Positions 59,541 through 64,000 of a DNA stretch of 64,000 nucleotides are shown here, piece by piece. The DNA comes from Eukaryota sp. GEM-RC1 (taxonomy: Eukaryota): assembly GCA_040285855.1 (NCBI GenBank), contig JAUFOQ010000016.1:1054001-1118000 (forward strand), given 5' to 3'. The position numbers and the translations under genes were made by a program. The notes below the pieces were generated by a model. The model worked only from the letters and a program-made list of their open reading frames with translations, was not told the origin of the DNA and searched no databases. The stretch's first letter is position 1. The number at the start of each line of letters is the position of its first letter.

Positions 59541-60530
59541 ATGACAAATACCAAAGGAAGAACTCTTGCGGGAACGAAGAGAAGAAGTGGTAGAACAGCT
59601 CCTGCAAGACAAAACAGTACCTCTGCACCTAATCGACCTTCAAATCCCAACAAAAATAGAAACCCCCCTTCAAACAGACGTGACTTCTTTACTGATCACT
59701 CAAACAACCCAATCCAAATCCCTGACATTTTTGGAAAACCTCGCCCTGATCATGTCCGATCTATTCGTGAAATGCTAGCCCGCAGTGACCCTGAGCTGCA
59801 GCGACAAGGGAGATTCTTGTTTGATGAAACTTATCAACACTACTATGCCAAATGTTCGACTCCAGACGAAAAGAAACAGGCCAAAAGAATGCGCAGTGCG
59901 TGGGTAGATGCCAATACGAACAATCACAACCGCTTTCTAATTCTGAAGCACTGGGACTCTAGACATCAAATGGTTAAGGAACCTATATTACTTGTTACTA
60001 GGACAGATGACGGGTTTGTGGCCCAGCAAACACACAGCTGGACACTCTTCAGAAGGTCAAGTTACGCAAGTCCACGCCGTGGATCCGCGCAAATGAAAAT
60101 GAAGGGTTTCATTCAAGAGTTTTGTATCAAACTGCAATCGCAATTCACGAAGAATCGGCCTAAGTGGGAAAGCTATCTATGGCAGGGATACTGCTGTACA
60201 AAGCACATGTCACGGATGTTAAATGACACAGCAGTTGATTCCATCAATAATCAAATTTTTACATTGTTTATGTACGTTTTTGAATATCACAGGATTGATG
60301 TGAGTGACATTTTTGAATTTGCTGGAATAGAACGAAACCAAGTGCTTACTGCAGGTCATCTTGGTGATGCTCGTATATTTCTACCTCGATATATACTCGA
60401 AAAAAATCCCCACTCTGAAACCTGTGATTTCTCAGACCATGATAGAGAGATTTGTGGAGAATGGAATTTGAGTGAAACTCGGGCATTCGGAACAGAAATA
60501 CTGAATGCATATCGAGCTGTTCGACTGTAA
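59541..60530 (+). CDS. Unknown protein family member 3
   Basis: Intact ORF from ATG 59541, collinear with member 1 but lacking the MG start. Confidence 0.8.
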   Translation: MTNTKGRTLAGTKRRSGRTAPARQNSTSAPNRPSNPNKNRNPPSNRRDFFTDHSNNPIQIPDIFGKPRPDHVRSIREMLARSDPELQRQGRFLFDETYQHYYAKCSTPDEKKQAKRMRSAWVDANTNNHNRFLILKHWDSRHQMVKEPILLVTRTDDGFVAQQTHSWTLFRRSSYASPRRGSAQMKMKGFIQEFCIKLQSQFTKNRPKWESYLWQGYCCTKHMSRMLNDTAVDSINNQIFTLFMYVFEYHRIDVSDIFEFAGIERNQVLTAGHLGDARIFLPRYILEKNPHSETCDFSDHDREICGEWNLSETRAFGTEILNAYRAVRL

Positions 60531-60562
60531 TCGATTGTGTTTACCTGATTACAATTGAAAAG

Positions 60563-60700
60563 TTTTATGTTGTAAATTTACGAAATACAAACTACTACTA
60601 GTACTTAAAAGATATTAAATGATCTACACCTACTCTTGAACTACCACAATACAATTTGTCCTTTATCTGATTCAAAGACTTTGGAAAACCTCTATATAAT
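60563..60700 (-). mobile_element. 3' tip of the 56347-57268 retrotransposon subfamily
   Basis: Matches 56349-56480 (GTACTTAAAAGATATTAAATGATC..ACTCTTGAACTACCAC..TACAATTTGTCC). Confidence 0.85.
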
Positions 60701-61159
60701 TGCAAATAATTCTGACTACATGTTCATGTTTGAACTGAGTGAACTACATATTGCGTCTAAATTCCCAATTCATAGATCAAAAGAAGAAACTGAACACATC
60801 GAAGTCATACTCACTCCAACACTTCCCTGAGAAGCCAAAGTGTTGCACAAACAATACTGTGTACTTCCAGCAACAGTCCATATCTCTTTTTGGTCTTTGC
60901 CGAGGTAAACCGAGGTCACTGTCCTGCCACTCAACCAAGACATGAGTTTCCTATAAGACATCAAGAAATTACAAATGCGTCCAAAGAAATTTTTAATTGT
61001 ATGTCGGTCCATTCGGATTTGAACACATTGATTGTGATTTTGGAAATAATCTCGGTCCAAATAATGTTATTGTTTAAATGGGTGATATGAGAATAAACGT
61101 AAACAACAACATTGATTGGAGCTCAAGTGAAGAGTCAGAATACGGCTTGACCAGGAACC

Positions 61160-61890
61160 GCTTACATGGTTCTTTTATTGATTCCAGTCAAATTATCCTT
61201 GATGTTACAACAATAGATCCATGTGCTGATATTTATGTCATTAGTCTAACTTCAAAAGGTTTATCACGTCGAAACACACCTGAAGAGCGTAAAATTGATT
61301 TGTATTCCAGTGAGATTACTCAATTCAATCAAAGTGTATTTTTGTTCCATTTGCTATCTCTTTTTCGGTAGTACTAGTATTCTTGGAATGTCTTCTCACT
61401 TTTTTCTTTTTAACTATTTTTTGATTCATTTGTCAGTATCAGAATAGGAGATTTAACTTATGAATTTGGCATAACCGTTTGATTTTTTCTCTGTTCCGGT
61501 CCCAAATTTGTAAAATCAATTATCACAAAGTTGTTTAAGAACTGTGGTACTGTTGACCAGGAATTTTCTGTATCTAGAGTTTCATAGCTTCTATAGTTTG
61601 CAGTTTCTTTGTACGGAAATTTCGGTCTTCTACCAAGGAGTTTTTAAATGTATCTGAAAAATTTTGTTCAGAATTTGGCAAGAAGTTTAACAGATCGTAC
61701 TGGAAGAGTGAATTTGCTTATTCGATTTTTAGGTCTATGTATAGATCTGTTGATTCCATTTTGTCCAAGTTGTTTGGCGGCAACTACTTTTCGGAATTAG
61801 GTAGTTCGTTTGATTATTTGTTTTAATAGTCTTTATTTATTTGTTGTTTTCTTGTTGTGTGTTTTTCTCCGCACATAAATCCGCTTTTAT
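61160..61890 (+). mobile_element. Two adjacent decayed RLE retrotransposon 3' fragments
   Basis: FIDSSQIILDVTTIDPC..ERKIDLY (61160-61590), followed by a copy of the 11130-11380 repeat (61645-61890). Confidence 0.75.
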
Positions 61891-62067
61891 ATCGATATTT
61901 ATCTTCATCCTTCACATCTATAAACATACTAGCACAATGTATATATATAAGCGGATGATATATTCTGCTAAAACTCTAAAAAAGATTTTGGAGATATTGA
62001 AACAGATGAGGAAGTTGATACCGTTTGAAAGCCAAAACGTGTATTTGACCTATGTTCGGAGTCACCT

Positions 62068-62469
62068 CAACACGTGTTGAATGGTGTTTTCGAGAAGTTC
62101 AACACGTGTTGGATATGTCATTCTTCTGTGTCACTTCAATGAATTTGGGTAAATTTCTACTGTTCTTGATAAAACTATATTGAATAAAGGTAGAAAGTTC
62201 AAGTTTACTTCAAAGTTTACTTAAATGTATGGATTATTGATGAGCTCTTCGTGTTATCAGTTCTGGAATCATTGAAAATCAGTTCTAATTTATTAACTTG
62301 GTTGGGGTGTAGCATGAGTGAAAAATAGATGTGTTTTTCCATTGGTTGATCTTAAAGTGAGGTATTCTGTTCTTCTGCTCAGAATTGATTCAACACGTGT
62401 TGGCGCCAACACGCAACACGTGTTGAATATTTTCCAACACCGTGTTGAACATGGTATTTGACAACCCCT
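62068..62469. mobile_element. Probable hAT-like MITE remnant with palindromic CAACACGTGTTG repeats
   Basis: CAACACGTGTTG at 62068, 62100, 62391 and 62414. The right end TTTGACAACCCCT resembles the TIR of 10655-10973. No left TIR found. Confidence 0.55.
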
Positions 62470-62533
62470 TTCTTTTACTACACGTTGCTATATTGTACTA
62501 CTAGTGCATGTAGACGTTTCTTTTGTATCCTGA

Positions 62534-63694
62534 ATGTACCGTGCTGCACTCGTTCGTCAACGATATCTTCTTCTTTTGGTTGCATCATTTCTATTTGCAC
62601 TTCTGCTGTCAGATTCAGATATCGATGCTATTGACCATAATTTTTCCTCTTCATATGAGGAATCTAACGCTGACTCGTATTCTCTTTACCCATCTCTACC
62701 TCCTGGCAAACTTTCCTTCACGAATGGATCAATTGACGCTGTTGTCACATTCGTAAATGGTTCAGACCCTATTTGGTTGAAACAACGTGCAGACACCCTT
62801 TCAAGACTAGGTCTCCCTTTGCCAGAGTCCTTCCAGTTCAGATCCAATAATGAACTGGTCTATTGTCTCCGCTCTATCTGGCGTAACGTTCCCCAGCTCC
62901 GTCACGTCTTTCTAATCTTGTCAGGACCTTCTCAAGTCCCTTCATGGTTGAATCATTCAAATCCTTATTTAACAATTGTTTATCATCACGAGTTCTTTCC
63001 CCACTTTGCTGTTCTTCCTACTTTCAATAGCTATTCCATTGAGAGCAATCTCTGGCGGATTCCATATCTTTCAAACACATTTATCTATCTCAATGACGAC
63101 TTCTTCATTTCTTCTCCTTTCCCAAATAACTTTATTCGTGATTCTGATGGTTATTTCCAGGTTCATTTGGATACAACAACACTCAATCGTCCAATTAATC
63201 AATACAGACGAGGTCTCTTGAATGGGGGTCGCTTCCTATCAAGACGATTCCCTCTTCCTTTTCGATCTTCCACCTTGACTTGGTATCCACTTTCCCATTC
63301 TGTTTATGCTTGTAACAAAGACATTCTGGAGGAAACTTCTCGAGTGTTCTCCAAGGCTTATAGGATTATTAACCAAAACCCTTTTAGAACTCATAGTGGA
63401 CTCCCCCATTTTCTGTTTTTGGCAGGTCATTATTACGTTCAAAGATCATTGGAAACGTCATCAAGGCAGTATAAGGCTCGGTATCATCAGTGTTCGAGTA
63501 ATGAAGTTGTCTATTGGAATTGGAGCAACTCTGAATTGGAGGTAAATGCCCATTATTTTGATTTAATTAAAACATTCAGACCTCTTTCTTTTTGTATTAA
63601 TGACGATGAGGATGTACGCGATCCTTCAATGCAAAAGTATTTCTTAGAATCGATGGAAGAATTGTTTCCAATTAAATCTGATTGGGAACTGTAG
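62534..63694 (+). CDS. Stealth-family hexose-1-phosphate transferase (type II membrane protein)
   Basis: N-terminal TM helix. CR1 IDAVVTFVNGSDP, CR2 ELVYCLRSI..LPTFNSYSIE..FIYLNDDFF, CR3 NPFR, CR4 FCINDD. Confidence 0.92.
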   Translation: MYRAALVRQRYLLLLVASFLFALLLSDSDIDAIDHNFSSSYEESNADSYSLYPSLPPGKLSFTNGSIDAVVTFVNGSDPIWLKQRADTLSRLGLPLPESFQFRSNNELVYCLRSIWRNVPQLRHVFLILSGPSQVPSWLNHSNPYLTIVYHHEFFPHFAVLPTFNSYSIESNLWRIPYLSNTFIYLNDDFFISSPFPNNFIRDSDGYFQVHLDTTTLNRPINQYRRGLLNGGRFLSRRFPLPFRSSTLTWYPLSHSVYACNKDILEETSRVFSKAYRIINQNPFRTHSGLPHFLFLAGHYYVQRSLETSSRQYKARYHQCSSNEVVYWNWSNSELEVNAHYFDLIKTFRPLSFCINDDEDVRDPSMQKYFLESMEELFPIKSDWEL

Positions 63695-64000
63695 TTTGTT
63701 GTGAATGTTGAAATTCAAGAGTTAATCTTTATCTCCAATAATTTAAGTAATTTATTGTTCCGACTTTCTTTATGAATTTATTTGTTCTAGTATATCTGTT
63801 AATGTATTTTCCCGTTTTGATTTTCTAGCACGTTTACTGTTATCATTTTTCATTGTAACTCTTCGAGTTCTTGCTGTGAGTTTTTAGGATTAGATCTAAG
63901 CACAAGCGGAATCTGAAATATACTTCTTTTTGATAACTGTACAAATTGACTAGCATGTACTAATTCACAAAATTTAAGAAGACGAATTCTCTACATCAAC

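Overview
This is eukaryotic, not prokaryotic, DNA. It comes from a compact-genome flagellated protist that is probably anaerobic or microaerophilic. A metamonad is plausible by inference from the flavodiiron proteins, flagellate-type LRRC9, and ultra-short introns with a fixed branch-point position. Gene-dense islands (about 0-8.5, 18.5-25.8 and 36.4-54.2 kb) carry housekeeping genes: G6PD, RPS11, two E2 enzymes, PUS7, ASCC1, importin-4-like, POP4, a multi-bromodomain protein, COMMD-like, RPA1-like, LRRC9 and CLEC16A. A Stealth-family gene lies at the right end. These islands alternate with transposon graveyards made of several subfamilies of RLE-endonuclease (CRE-like) non-LTR retrotransposons, four unrelated hAT MITEs with 8-bp target-site duplications (TSDs), and Tc1/pogo-type MITEs. 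There are three tRNA genes. The most notable signals are: (i) 27-36-nt introns, often with GTTTGT donors and a YTNAY branch motif whose A sits exactly 7 nt from the 3' end; (ii) a near-full-length CRE-like element just downstream of tRNA-Glu, with a candidate intron in its 5' ORF; (iii) an unrecognised three-member gene family interleaved with retroelement ends; (iv) a tandem flavodiiron-protein duplication with a fossil junction; (v) recurrent Tc1/mariner-type footprint motifs; (vi) extremely tight head-to-head and tail-to-tail gene packing. About eleven single-base frame breaks fall in homopolymer runs of conserved genes and are most likely long-read consensus errors. All family assignments come from motif recognition by eye; no database search was run.
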